From an uncultured delta proteobacterium (GTDB lineage: Bacteria; Myxococcota; Myxococcia; Myxococcales; Myxococcaceae), in contig CAVZMH010000016.1 of the NCBI GenBank assembly GCA_963776345.1, positions 320,001-384,000 of the forward strand: 64,000 nt of DNA, given 5' to 3'. Of the stretch, positions 18,808-28,218 are shown piece by piece (position 1 is the first letter of the stretch; each line of letters opens with the position of its first letter). The notes beneath the pieces were generated by a model. That model did no database searches, was not told where the DNA came from, and saw only the letters and a list, made by a program, of their open reading frames with translations. The translations under genes and the position numbers were made by a program.

Positions 18808-19542
18808 TCAGAGGTCCTTCTCGGACATGGCCAGGAGGCGCCGGTCCTCGTCCGACAGGCCCGCACCGTCGAGCAGGTCCGGGCGGCGGGTCCGGGTGAG
18901 CTGGAGCTGATGCCAGCGCCGCCAGCGGGCGATGCGGGCGTGGTCGCCGCCCTGGAGCACGTCGGGGACGACGACGCCGCGGAACTCCGCCGGCCGGGTG
19001 TACTGCGGGTACTCGAGCAGCCCGCCCTCGAAGCTCTCGGAGCCGGACGACTCGGCGTTCCCGAGGACGCCCGGGAGAAGACGCGCCACCGCGTCCACGA
19101 CGCACAGCGCGGCGAGCTCGCCGCCGGTGAGGACGAAGTCCCCGAGCGAGACCTCCCCGTCGACGTACGCCCGCACCCGCTCGTCCACGCCCTCGTAGCG
19201 GCCGGCGACCAGGACGAGATCCGTCGGACCCGCGGCCAGCGCCCGGGCCATGCCTTGCGTGAAGCGCTCGCCCCGGGGCGAGGTCAGGAGCACCCGGGCG
19301 CTGGGGAGCGCGGCGCGGGCCGCCTCGATGGCGGCGACCAGCGGCTCGGGCTTCATCACCATCCCCGCCCCGCCGCCGTACGGCGCGTCGTCGGTCACCC
19401 GGTGCTTGCCCTCGGCGTGCTCGCGGATGTCCCGCGGCTCGACGCGGAGCAGGCCGCGGGCGCGCGCCTTCCCGAGGATGCTCGCCTCGAGGTACCCGGT
19501 CACCATCGCCGGGAACAGCGTCAGGATCTCCGCCTGCCACAT
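18808..19542 (-). CDS. trmD: tRNA (guanine37-N1)-methyltransferase
   Basis: [46 protein letters not shown]. Confidence 0.97.
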   Translation of the reverse strand: MWQAEILTLFPAMVTGYLEASILGKARARGLLRVEPRDIREHAEGKHRVTDDAPYGGGAGMVMKPEPLVAAIEAARAALPSARVLLTSPRGERFTQGMARALAAGPTDLVLVAGRYEGVDERVRAYVDGEVSLGDFVLTGGELAALCVVDAVARLLPGVLGNAESSGSESFEGGLLEYPQYTRPAEFRGVVVPDVLQGGDHARIARWRRWHQLQLTRTRRPDLLDGAGLSDEDRRLLAMSEKDL

Positions 19543-19554
19543 GGCCGCTGCGCC

Positions 19555-20073
19555 CTACTCCAGCATCTCCGGAGGCCGGACGACGAGCACCCCGGACTCG
19601 ATGTCCACCTCGGGGACGAATTCGTCGACGAACGGCACCACCAGGGGCTCGGGGCCGGTCCCCTGGATCACCAGATTGGGGACGGGGCCGGTGTTCCAGA
19701 CCTCGGTCACCCGGCCCAGCGGTGCGCCCTCCGGGGTGCGCGCCTCGAGGCCGACCAGGTCTCCCTGGAACCACTCGCCCGGGGCCGGCGGCGGGAGGTC
19801 CTCGCGGTGGACCAGGACGGTCGCGCCCCGGAACGGCTCGGCCAGCGAGCGCGAGGTGATGCCCGCGAGCGAGACCAGGGTGGCGTCGGCGGCCCGCCGC
19901 GCACGCGCCAGCTCGAGCTCGAGCTCCTCGCCCGAGCGCAGCCGGAGCACCAGCCGGTGCACGGTGGAGAGCGCCTCGGACCGGGGGTCGAAGGTGCGCA
20001 CCGCCAGCTCACCCTCGAGCGCGTGCACGCGTGCCACGTACCCCACCTCCAGCGTGGGGCGGGGCGGGCTCAT
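19555..20073 (-). CDS. rimM: 16S rRNA processing protein RimM
   Basis: [37 protein letters not shown]; operon position. Confidence 0.93.
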   Translation of the reverse strand: MSPPRPTLEVGYVARVHALEGELAVRTFDPRSEALSTVHRLVLRLRSGEELELELARARRAADATLVSLAGITSRSLAEPFRGATVLVHREDLPPPAPGEWFQGDLVGLEARTPEGAPLGRVTEVWNTGPVPNLVIQGTGPEPLVVPFVDEFVPEVDIESGVLVVRPPEMLE

Positions 20074-20360
20074 CCGGCCGGCGGAGGCTCGGGAGGCGGG
20101 GGCTGAGGCTCGGGCGCCGTTGCGCGCCGGTCATCCAGCACCTCCAGCCGCGCCTTCACCCCGCGCCTCTGGGCGGCGACGGCGAGCAGGGTCCGGATGG
20201 CGTTCACGGTGCGGCCGTCGCGGCCGATGACCTTGCCCACGTCCTCGGGGGCGACCTTCAGCTCGAACAGCGTGCCGCCGTCGGCCGGCTGGCTCCGCAG
20301 CTCGACCTGGTCCGGGCGGTCCACCAGTCCCCGGGCCAGGGACATCAACAGCTCCTCCAC
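20070..20360 (-). CDS. khpA: KH-domain RNA-binding protein (KhpA/YlqC)
   Basis: LVDRPDQV, VAPEDVGKVIGRDGRTVNAIRTLL; between rpsP and rimM. Confidence 0.9.
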   Translation of the reverse strand: MEELLMSLARGLVDRPDQVELRSQPADGGTLFELKVAPEDVGKVIGRDGRTVNAIRTLLAVAAQRRGVKARLEVLDDRRATAPEPQPPPPEPPPAG

Positions 20361-20365
20361 GGCGC

Positions 20366-20617
20366 TCAGGCCTTGGGGGTCTTGCTGGCGCGCTTGATCA
20401 GCCCGGCCACGGTCTCGGACGGGGTCGCACCCGCCTTCAGCCAGTGCTCGAGGCGCTCCTGCTTGAACTCGATCTTGGGGGGCTCGAGGTTCGGGTCGTA
20501 CGCCCCGATCGCCTCGATGAACTTGCCGTCCCGCGGGTTGCGCGAGTCGGTGGCAACCACGTGGTAGTACGGCATCTTCTTTGCGCCCGCGCGCGCGAGC
20601 CGAAGCACGACAGCCAT
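20366..20617 (-). CDS. rpsP: 30S ribosomal protein S16
   Basis: MAVVLRLARAGAKKMPYYHVVATDSRNPRDGKFIE. Confidence 0.97.
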   Translation of the reverse strand: MAVVLRLARAGAKKMPYYHVVATDSRNPRDGKFIEAIGAYDPNLEPPKIEFKQERLEHWLKAGATPSETVAGLIKRASKTPKA

Positions 20618-20697
20618 GAATCTCTCCGTCCTTGGGAACGCGCGGGATTAGTCGTGGCTCGCCTGCTTGTCAAGAAGGGCCCCGAGATGTCGAGGGT

Positions 20698-21807
20698 TTA
20701 CGCGGTGGCGCTGCTTGGGGGTTCTTGCGGCGTCGCGGCCGGCCCCTGGCGATTCGCGAGCTGGCCGCAGGCCGCGGCGATGTCCCGCCCCCGGTTCTCG
20801 CGGATGAACGCCGCCACGTGTCCCCGGGCGAGGATGTCGCGGAAGCGCTCCGCCCGCTCCTCGCCGGTGGTGAAGAAGCCGAGGCCCGGGTTCTCGTTGT
20901 AGGGGATGAGGTTCACCTTGGCCGGGACGTCCCGGAGCAGCTCCACCAGGCGCTCGGCGTCCGCGTCGCTGTCGTTGACCCCGCGGAGCAGCACGTACTC
21001 GAAGGTGATGCGCCGTCCCTGCCGCAGCGGGAACTGGCGGCAGGCCTCCATCAGCTCGGCGATGTTCCACTTCCGGTTCACCGGCATCAGCTCGTCGCGC
21101 TGGGCGTCGGTGGTGGCGTTGAGCGAGATGGCGAGCTTCACCTCGGTCTCGGCGCCGAGCCGGGCGATCATCGGCACCAGGCCCACGGTGGAGACGGTGA
21201 TGTGCCGGTGAGAGAAGTTGGGCCCGTCCTCGGACTGGAGGATGTGGAGCGCCTCCTTCAGGGCCTCGAAGTTGTGCAGCGGCTCGCCCATCCCCATGAA
21301 CACGAGATTGGTGAGCGGGCGGGTCAGGGACAGGCCCTCGTTCCGGGCGACCTCGCGGTTGACCGCGTGCACCTGGGCGACGATCTCCGCCGCGGTCAGG
21401 TTCCGCAGGAGGCCCAGCGTGCCGGTCATGCAGAACTTGCAGGCCATCGCGCAGCCGACCTGGGTGGAGACGCAGAGCGTCTTCCGGTCGGTCGACGGCA
21501 TGTAGACGCTCTCGATGAGCCGGCCGTCGCGGGTGCGCCAGCGGTACTTGATGGTGCCGTCGGTGCTCCGCTGCTCGAGGTCCTTGGAGAGCGGCTCGAG
21601 CGCACACCGCTCGGCGAGCCTGGCCCGCAGCGGCTTCGAGAGATCGGTCATCTGATCGAGGTCGGTCACCCCGCGCTGGTGGATCCACCGGTACAGCTGC
21701 CGGGCATGGAACGGACGCTCCCCCAGCTCGTCGACCACGAGGCGGGTGAGACGGTCGAGCGGGAGGCCGAGGAGATCGACCCGGGGGTCCTGTGCGGCGG
21801 ACGGCAT
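20698..21807 (-). CDS. rlmN: 23S rRNA (adenine2503-C2)-methyltransferase, radical SAM
   Basis: CVSTQVGCAMACKFCMTG, FMGMGEPLHN, VNLIPYN, DIAAACGQL; start approximate. Confidence 0.95.
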   Translation of the reverse strand: MPSAAQDPRVDLLGLPLDRLTRLVVDELGERPFHARQLYRWIHQRGVTDLDQMTDLSKPLRARLAERCALEPLSKDLEQRSTDGTIKYRWRTRDGRLIESVYMPSTDRKTLCVSTQVGCAMACKFCMTGTLGLLRNLTAAEIVAQVHAVNREVARNEGLSLTRPLTNLVFMGMGEPLHNFEALKEALHILQSEDGPNFSHRHITVSTVGLVPMIARLGAETEVKLAISLNATTDAQRDELMPVNRKWNIAELMEACRQFPLRQGRRITFEYVLLRGVNDSDADAERLVELLRDVPAKVNLIPYNENPGLGFFTTGEERAERFRDILARGHVAAFIRENRGRDIAAACGQLANRQGPAATPQEPPSSATA

Positions 21808-21946
21808 CGGGGTCGCGTGTAACATGGCCCTGGCGGGGACGCAGATCCCCGGGCCCTGCGGGGGCGGTGCGCGATCAGGAGCGGGCGGTCCGCTGATCGC
21901 TCGGGCGGCGGTGTCGGCGCGCGGGGCCTCCTGGTCCCGGCTCAAA

Positions 21947-22064
21947 CGTGGACATAGCAACTTGGTCCCGATTCCCGGACGGCTGGCCGGTGCAAGTGCC
22001 CGAAACCTGGAACCTGGCTCGACAGTTGTTCGCGGCCGAGCGCGCCGAAGTTGCTATGTCCACG
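21947..22064. repeat. Perfect 17-bp inverted repeat pair inside a larger imperfect IR element
   Basis: cgtggacatagcaactt (21947-21963) / aagttgctatgtccacg (22048-22064). Confidence 0.85.
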
Positions 22065-22135
22065 ATTGCGCCGGGGGCGAGGCGCCGGCCGCGGCCTCGG
22101 CGCCCTGCGCCCGCACCGCCGCTGATCAGGTTCCC

Positions 22136-22371
22136 AGGAATCTGGGTCGGCGCGTTCACCCACTTCAAGGACTTCGCGACCGAGGACCGGGGAGGTCGCG
22201 CGCTCATGCGCCTCGACCGGAGCTACTTCGAGGCCGGCGTCCGGCCGGAGGCGCCGCAGTTCGTCGTCATCTACTGGCGGTGGCAGCGAAACCGCCCCTC
22301 GGAGAGCTTCCGGGACGAGTCCGAGCGGCGGTTCGACCCCGGCGGCCGTGGAGGCGCTGCTCGACCGCTAG
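22136..22371 (+). pseudogene. 3' fragment of a hypothetical protein gene
   Basis: Protein-like, GC3-rich reading GIWVGAFTHFKDFATEDRGGRALMRLDRSYFEAGVRPEAPQFVVIYWRWQ..RRFDP/AAVEALLDR* (one +1 shift); no convincing start or RBS. Confidence 0.5.
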
Positions 22372-23660
22372 CGGCGGACACTCGGCGCGAGCCGCGACTC
22401 GACCCAGCCCGCGACCGCGAGGAGCGCGCCCTCGGCCCGCGGCGCTCCCACCAGCTGGACGCCGAGGGGGAGCCCCGAGGGCCCCGTCCCCGCCGGGAGG
22501 CTGATGCAGGGGAACCCGAGCAGCGTGACCACGCGGTTGAAGATCGGGTCGCCGGTGCTCGCCAGCCCCTCGGGCGCCTCGCCGGGCGCGCTGGGGGTGA
22601 GCAGCACGTCCACCTCGGCGAGCAGCCTCGTGGCCACCGTCCAGGCCAGCCCGGCCTGGACCTTCGCCGCCCGCACCTCGTCCGCCGACGCGGCGGCGCC
22701 CCGGTCGAGCAGGTCGCGCAACTGAGCGCTGAGCTTCGGCCCCGCGCTCTCCCGGAGGCTCCTCAGCGACCGGGCGGCCTCCGCGGCCATGACCAGCCCC
22801 TGTGCGTCGGCGAGCGGGCCCTCGTCCGGCCCGAGGTCGACGTCCCGGACCGTCGCTCCGGCCCGGGCGAGCTCCGCGGCGACGTGCTCCAGCCGCTCCT
22901 GCATCGCCGGCGTGGCGCGCGGCCACTGCGCGCTCCTCCACAGCGCGATGCGGGGCGGCCCCGAGAGGCGTGGAACCTCCACCGGCGCGCCGAGCCCGGC
23001 GAGCACCGGAGCGACGTCCGCCACTTCCCGGACCAGCACCCCGAGGGTGTCCAGCGACGGTGCGAAGGGGTGCACGCCCTCGAGCGAGAGGAGCCCGTGC
23101 GACGGCTTGAAGCCCACCACGCCGCAGAACGCCGCGGGGCGGACGATCGACCCCGCGGTCTGCGTCCCCAGGGCGGCGGGGACCATGAAGTCGGCCACCG
23201 CGGCCGCCGACCCGCTGGACGACCCGCCCGGGGTGTGCCCCGGGTTCCGGGGGTTCCGCGTGGGCCCGGGGGCGAAGAACGCCAGCTCGGTGGTCACCGT
23301 CTTTCCCAGCACCACCGCACCCGCGGCGCGCAGCGAGCCCACGCAGGCCGCGTCGGCTGCGGGCCGGCGTCCGCGGAAGAGCAACGTCCCGCACTCGGTC
23401 GGGGCGTCGGCGGTGTCGATGATGTCCTTGATTCCCACCGGAAGCCCGAAGAGCGGAGGCCTGGGCGGGCCGGCATCGATGGCGCGTGCCGCGGCGAGCG
23501 CCCGCTCCGGCTCGAGCCAGGCCCAGGCGTGGATTTGCGGCTCGTCCCGGGCGATGCGTTCCAGGCAGGCGCGCACCAGCTCCTCCGAGGAGAGCGTACG
23601 CTGCCGGAGCAGCGCGATCGCCGCCGCTGCCCCGAGCTCCTCCACGGGTCCCGTGCTCAT
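22368..23660 (-). CDS. Amidase signature family protein
   Basis: GLPVGIKDII, GKTVTTELA, PGGSSSGSAAAVA, GTQTAGSIVRPAAFCG. Confidence 0.93.
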   Translation of the reverse strand: MSTGPVEELGAAAAIALLRQRTLSSEELVRACLERIARDEPQIHAWAWLEPERALAAARAIDAGPPRPPLFGLPVGIKDIIDTADAPTECGTLLFRGRRPAADAACVGSLRAAGAVVLGKTVTTELAFFAPGPTRNPRNPGHTPGGSSSGSAAAVADFMVPAALGTQTAGSIVRPAAFCGVVGFKPSHGLLSLEGVHPFAPSLDTLGVLVREVADVAPVLAGLGAPVEVPRLSGPPRIALWRSAQWPRATPAMQERLEHVAAELARAGATVRDVDLGPDEGPLADAQGLVMAAEAARSLRSLRESAGPKLSAQLRDLLDRGAAASADEVRAAKVQAGLAWTVATRLLAEVDVLLTPSAPGEAPEGLASTGDPIFNRVVTLLGFPCISLPAGTGPSGLPLGVQLVGAPRAEGALLAVAGWVESRLAPSVRR

Positions 23661-23780
23661 CGCCCGGCGAAGACTACGAGCCTCGGCGCACCGCGCGCGA
23701 GGGCCACCAGGCAGGCGCGCCCGGGACCGGACGCTCGCCGCATCCTCGGGCGCCGGGGACTCCTCGGTCCCGGCGGGCGG

Positions 23781-24995
23781 TCAGCGGGCTGCGCGGAAGA
23801 ACGCCCGGAGTCGCGGGGCGATGCGCTCCCGGAAGCGCCGGCCGCTGAAGGTCCCGTAATGCCCCGCCCCCTCCTGGAGGTGGTGCTCGTGCCAGTCGCC
23901 GGGGATGGAGGAGCACAGCGCGTGCGCGGCGTAGGTCTGCCCGGGCGTGGTGATGTCGTCGTCGTTCCCCTCGACCGTCATCAGCGCCGTCCGTCGGATG
24001 GCCTCCAGGCGCACCGGATTTCCGCGGTGCAGCATGGTGCCCTCCGGGAGGCTGTGCCGGTGGAACACGTGTTGCACGGTCTCCAGGTAGAACTCCGCCG
24101 GCAGGTCCATCACCGCGAAGTACTCGTCATAGAACTTGCGGCGCTTCTCCGCCGAGGCGAGCTCGCCCTTCAGCACGTCCTTGAACAGGCCGACGTGCGC
24201 GTCCACGTGGCGGTGGGGATCGAGCGACATGAACGCCGACAGCTGCAGGAGCCCCGGGTAGACGCGCCGGCCCGAGCCCGGGTGACCCACCGGCACCCGG
24301 TGGATCACCATCGCCTCCAGGGCCTTGAGCGAGTGCACCCGCGCGAACTGGTTCACCGACGAGGGGTTCACCCGCGTGTCCACCGGGCCCGAGATCAGCA
24401 CCATGCTCGCCGGCTGCGCCGGGTCGCCGGCCTCGGCCATCATCGCGGTAGCGATGAGCACCGGGACCGCCGGCTGGCAGACCGCGAGGACGTGCACCCC
24501 CGGCCCGATCTCCCGCAGGTGGGCGGCCACCAGATCCACGTAGTCGGCGAGGTCGAAGCGGCCCACGGACAGCGGCACCATCCGCGCGTCCACCCAGTCG
24601 GTGATGTAGACGTCGTGGTCCGGGAGCAACTCCCGCACGGTCTCGCGGAGCAGCGTGGCGTGGTGACCGGAGAGCGGCGCCACGATCAGGACCCGCGGGT
24701 CGTCTCGGATGACGTCCCGCTCGAAGCGGAGCAGCCGGCAGAAGGGCGTCTCGTGCACCAGCTGCTCGTGGACCTCGACCTCGCGCCCGTCGATGACCGT
24801 CTTCGTCAGGCCGAACGCCGGCTTCGGGTAGTCGGCCGTCGCCCGCTCGACCAGCTCGGCGGCCGCCGCCAGCGCGCGGACCGGAGGGAGGGCCGCGGCG
24901 GGATTGAAGGGGTGCGTCCACGCCAGGCGGAGCATCGACGCCCAGTCGTGAATCGGACGGGCGAATGCTCGGCTCAGGTCATGGGCGAAGTACAC
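23781..24995 (-). CDS. phaZ: Intracellular polyhydroxyalkanoate depolymerase
   Basis: YPKPAFGL, VAPLSGHHATLLRETV, DVYITDW, AVCQPAVP, GRRVYPG, VEGNDDDIT, GHYGTFSG; GTG start at ~24995. Confidence 0.92.
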   Translation of the reverse strand: MYFAHDLSRAFARPIHDWASMLRLAWTHPFNPAAALPPVRALAAAAELVERATADYPKPAFGLTKTVIDGREVEVHEQLVHETPFCRLLRFERDVIRDDPRVLIVAPLSGHHATLLRETVRELLPDHDVYITDWVDARMVPLSVGRFDLADYVDLVAAHLREIGPGVHVLAVCQPAVPVLIATAMMAEAGDPAQPASMVLISGPVDTRVNPSSVNQFARVHSLKALEAMVIHRVPVGHPGSGRRVYPGLLQLSAFMSLDPHRHVDAHVGLFKDVLKGELASAEKRRKFYDEYFAVMDLPAEFYLETVQHVFHRHSLPEGTMLHRGNPVRLEAIRRTALMTVEGNDDDITTPGQTYAAHALCSSIPGDWHEHHLQEGAGHYGTFSGRRFRERIAPRLRAFFRAAR

Positions 24996-25051
24996 TGAAC
25001 GCCAGGCTAGGGGCTCCCGGGCTGCCGGTCCAGCGTTTGTTGCCCCGAGGT

Positions 25052-25068
25052 TTGTTGCGACTGCACAA
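25052..25068. promoter_or_regulatory. Putative PhaR operator in the divergent phaZ/phaR intergenic region
   Basis: TTGTTGCGACTGCACAA, same TGTTGC..TGC motif as the two sites upstream of the phasin; PhaR sites are known to be TGC-rich. Confidence 0.65.
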
Positions 25069-25106
25069 TTCGAGGCAGTGGGCGTCTCTCCCACGGAGGA
25101 CCGCCG

Positions 25107-25589
25107 ATGCTGGTCAAGAAGTACGGGAACCGCCGCCTTTATGACACCGAGCAGAGCCGCTACGTCCGGCTCGACGAGATCGCCGAGCGCATCCGCGCCG
25201 GTGCCGACGTCCAGGTGGTCGATGCCAAGTCCGGGTCCGACCTGACCGCGCCCACCCTGGCGCAGATCATCTTCGAGGACCGCAACGCCGCGCGGTTGCT
25301 CCCGGTTCCGCTGCTGCTGCAGCTCATCCGGATGGGAGAAGAGCCGCTCGCCGACTTCCTCGGCCGGTACGTGAGCTGGGCGCTGGAGATGTACCTGCAG
25401 GCCCGATCCGGGCTGGGCGGCCTCTACAACCCGTTCTCGGCCCTCCGGCCCTTCCCCACCCCTGCCTCGCAGGAGCGCCCGCGGGGGCCCGAGCCCTCCC
25501 CTGCGGCCTCGGACGAACTCGGGGTGCTCCGCCGGGAGGTGGCCGCGCTCCGTCGCAGCCTGAAGCGGAAGCCGCCGCGCCGACGATGA
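25107..25589 (+). CDS. phaR: PHA synthesis repressor PhaR
   Basis: VKKYGNRRLYDTEQSRYVRL, VVDAKSGSDLT..TLAQII, LLLQLIR. Confidence 0.93.
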   Translation: MLVKKYGNRRLYDTEQSRYVRLDEIAERIRAGADVQVVDAKSGSDLTAPTLAQIIFEDRNAARLLPVPLLLQLIRMGEEPLADFLGRYVSWALEMYLQARSGLGGLYNPFSALRPFPTPASQERPRGPEPSPAASDELGVLRREVAALRRSLKRKPPRRR

Positions 25590-25593
25590 ATTC

Positions 25594-25645
25594 TGTTGCA
25601 CTGCAACACAGCGGCCCTTGACTCGCCTCCGGTGGGTGTTACACG
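25594..25645 (+). promoter_or_regulatory. Putative PhaR operator plus sigma-70-like promoter, copy 1
   Basis: Palindrome TGTTGCA-C-TGCAACA (25594-25608); TTGACT (25618)-16 nt-TACACG (25640). Confidence 0.65.
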
Positions 25646-25766
25646 ACCAGGGTACGGAACCCTGCGAGGAGAGGACGATGACTCAGAAGAATAGCCCTGG
25701 ACGTGCCCGGCGATCGACGCCGGGAGGTGGCGGGCCCGAGGTGGAGACGGCCGCGCCGCCGGCGCG

Positions 25767-25820
25767 TTTTGTTGCGTTGCAACAAAAGTCACTTGACACC
25801 CCTTTCCCCGGTGTTACACG
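25767..25820 (+). promoter_or_regulatory. Putative PhaR operator plus sigma-70-like promoter, copy 2
   Basis: TTTTGTTGC-GTT-GCAACAAAA (25767-25787); TTGACA (25793)-16 nt-TACACG (25815). Confidence 0.7.
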
Positions 25821-25854
25821 AATGAGGAACCCGGGTGGTCCGGAGGAGAGAACC

Positions 25855-26127
25855 ATGGATCAGAAGACCGTTTTTACGCAGATGCAGCAGTTCGGTAACG
25901 AGTGGCTGAAGCTGGTGGCCGAGTCCACCAGCCGCTTCACCGCGGCGCTGGCCGAGGTGGAGAAGTTCGAGAAGCAGGGCGTCGCCCAGGCCGTCTCGGC
26001 CCTGGACGAGGCCGGCCGCGTGGCCAAGGAGGCCCTCAACGCCAGCGAGCAGATGAGCGCGCAGTGGCGGAAGGCGATCAACGAGGCCGCGAACCGCACC
26101 CTCGAGCTGGTCACCCCGAAGAACTAG
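25855..26127 (+). CDS. Putative phasin (PHA granule-associated protein), 90 aa; alternative in-frame start at 25678
   Basis: Small Ala/Glu/Lys-rich amphipathic helical protein, GGAGGAG RBS, preceded by PhaR-like operators and followed by a terminator; call rests on context. Confidence 0.7.
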   Translation: MDQKTVFTQMQQFGNEWLKLVAESTSRFTAALAEVEKFEKQGVAQAVSALDEAGRVAKEALNASEQMSAQWRKAINEAANRTLELVTPKN

Positions 26128-26147
26128 TCGGCACAACCGTTGACACC

Positions 26148-26200
26148 CCGGCGGGTCCCCTGGCGTCATCTCGGCGCGAGGTCGACCCGCCGGTTTTTTT
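26148..26200 (+). terminator. Intrinsic terminator after the phasin
   Basis: ccggcgggtc (26148-26157) / gacccgccgg (26184-26193) followed by T7. Confidence 0.75.
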
Positions 26201-26238
26201 CAGTCGATCCTCGCCCAGGTCCTGAAGGGGGTCGTCCG

Positions 26239-28218
26239 ATGTCTCCCGCGTCGGTGAGCAAGGTCGCGAGCCTCGACGAGGCGGTGGCCCTGGTGCAGCC
26301 CGGAAACACGCTCGCCACCTCGGGCTTCGTCGGCATCGGGACTCCCGATGGGCTGCTGGAGGCCCTGGCACGCGCCTACCAGACCCACGGCCGCCCCGGG
26401 GAGCTCACCCTGCTCTTCGCCGCCGGCCAGGGCGACGGCAAGACGCGCGGCCTCAACCGCCTCGCCGTCCCGGGGCTGCTGAAGCGGGTGGTGGGCGGAC
26501 ACTGGGGGCTCATCCCCCGGGTCGGGGCGCTGGCGCTGGCCGGGGAGATCGAGGCCTACAACCTCCCCCAGGGCTGCATCTCGCACCTCTACCGGGACAT
26601 CGCCGCGGGCAAGCCGGGGACGCTCTCCCGGGTGGGCCTGGGGACCTTCGTGGATCCGCGACACGGCGGCGGGAAGGTGAACTCCCGCTCCACCGAGGAC
26701 ATCGTCGAGCTGCTGCAGATCCACGGCGAGGACTGGCTCCTCTACCGGGCCTTCCCCATCGACGTGGTCTTCCTGCGCGGGACCACCGCCGACCCGGGCG
26801 GCAACGTCACCATGGAGCGCGAGGCGCTCACCCTCGACAACCTGGCCATGGCCATGGCCGCGAAGAACAGCGGCGGGGTGGTCATCGTCCAGGTGGAGCG
26901 CCTGGCCCAGGCCGGCTCGCTCCCCGCCCGGAGCGTGAAGATTCCGGGCGCGCTGGTGGACTGCGTGGCCGTGGCCAGCGGCGAGTACCACGCCCAGACC
27001 TACGCCACCGCCTACAGCCCGGCCTTCTCCGGCGAGCTGCGCGTGCCGCTGGAGACGTTGCCACCTCCGCATCTGGACGGCCGCAAGGTCATCGGCCGGC
27101 GCGCGGCGTGCGAGCTCGTCCCGGGCACGCTCATCAACCTGGGCATCGGGATGCCCGAGTCCGTCGCCGGCGTGGCGGCGGAGGAAGGTCTCCTCCCCCT
27201 GCTCACCCTCACCGCCGAGCCGGGGGTGATCGGCGGGCTGCCCGCCTCCGGGCTGAACTTCGGCGCGGCGGTGAACACCGAGGCGCTCATCGACCAGAAC
27301 CAGCAGTTCGACTTCTACGACGGAGGCGGCCTGGACCAGGCCTACCTGGGCATGGCCCAGGTGGACGCGGCGGGCAACGTCAACGTGAGCCGCTTCGGGT
27401 CGACCTTCTCCGGGTGCGGCGGGTTCATCAACATCAGCCAGAACGCGCGAAAGGTCGTCTTCGTCGGGACCTTCACCTCGGGCGGGCTCACCCTGGAGAT
27501 CGGCGACGGGCGCCTGCGCATCCTCCAGGAGGGCCGGAACCGGAAGTTCCTCCCCGCGGTGGAGCAGGTCACGTTCAGCGGCAAGCGGGCCCGCGAGCTG
27601 GGGCACGAGACCCTCTACGTCACCGAGCGCGCCGTGTTCCGGCTGACCGACTCAGGGCCGCGGCTCGAGGAGATCGCCCCCGGCGTCGACCTGGAGCACG
27701 AGGTGCTCGGCCAGATGGAGTTCACCCCGGAGATCAAGCGGCCGCTGGGGACCATGGACCCGCGCCTGTTCCGGGCCGAGCCGATGGGGCTGCACCGGCT
27801 CATCGAGGACCGGCCGCTCGCCTCGCGCTTCGAGTTCGACCCGCAGCGCGAGGTCCTCTTCATCAACTTCGCCGGGCTGACCATCCGGAGCGAGGCGGAC
27901 CTGGAGGCGATCGCCGCCACGGTGAAGGAGGTCTGCGCCCCGCTCGGACGGCGGGTCCGGGCGGTCGTCGACTACGACGGGTTCAGCGTGCCCGCTCACC
28001 TGGCGGATGCCTACGCCGAGCTGGTCCGGGAGCTCACGGAGCGTTACTACGAGCGCGTGACCCGGTACACCTCCAGCGCGTTCCTGCGCCTGAAGCTGGG
28101 CGCCACCCTGCAGGCCCACCACGTGGATCCCGAGCTCTTCGACACGCAGCGCCGGGCGCTCGAGTCCCTCAAGCGAAGGCGGCAGTCCCGGCATCCGCCG
28201 GCTGGGAGTCACGAATGA
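26239..28218 (+). CDS. Acyl-CoA:acetate/3-ketoacid (propionate) CoA-transferase, YdiF/Pct type, with extra C-terminal domain
   Basis: [29 protein letters not shown], catalytic Glu in [36 protein letters not shown]. Confidence 0.9.
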   Translation: MSPASVSKVASLDEAVALVQPGNTLATSGFVGIGTPDGLLEALARAYQTHGRPGELTLLFAAGQGDGKTRGLNRLAVPGLLKRVVGGHWGLIPRVGALALAGEIEAYNLPQGCISHLYRDIAAGKPGTLSRVGLGTFVDPRHGGGKVNSRSTEDIVELLQIHGEDWLLYRAFPIDVVFLRGTTADPGGNVTMEREALTLDNLAMAMAAKNSGGVVIVQVERLAQAGSLPARSVKIPGALVDCVAVASGEYHAQTYATAYSPAFSGELRVPLETLPPPHLDGRKVIGRRAACELVPGTLINLGIGMPESVAGVAAEEGLLPLLTLTAEPGVIGGLPASGLNFGAAVNTEALIDQNQQFDFYDGGGLDQAYLGMAQVDAAGNVNVSRFGSTFSGCGGFINISQNARKVVFVGTFTSGGLTLEIGDGRLRILQEGRNRKFLPAVEQVTFSGKRARELGHETLYVTERAVFRLTDSGPRLEEIAPGVDLEHEVLGQMEFTPEIKRPLGTMDPRLFRAEPMGLHRLIEDRPLASRFEFDPQREVLFINFAGLTIRSEADLEAIAATVKEVCAPLGRRVRAVVDYDGFSVPAHLADAYAELVRELTERYYERVTRYTSSAFLRLKLGATLQAHHVDPELFDTQRRALESLKRRRQSRHPPAGSHE

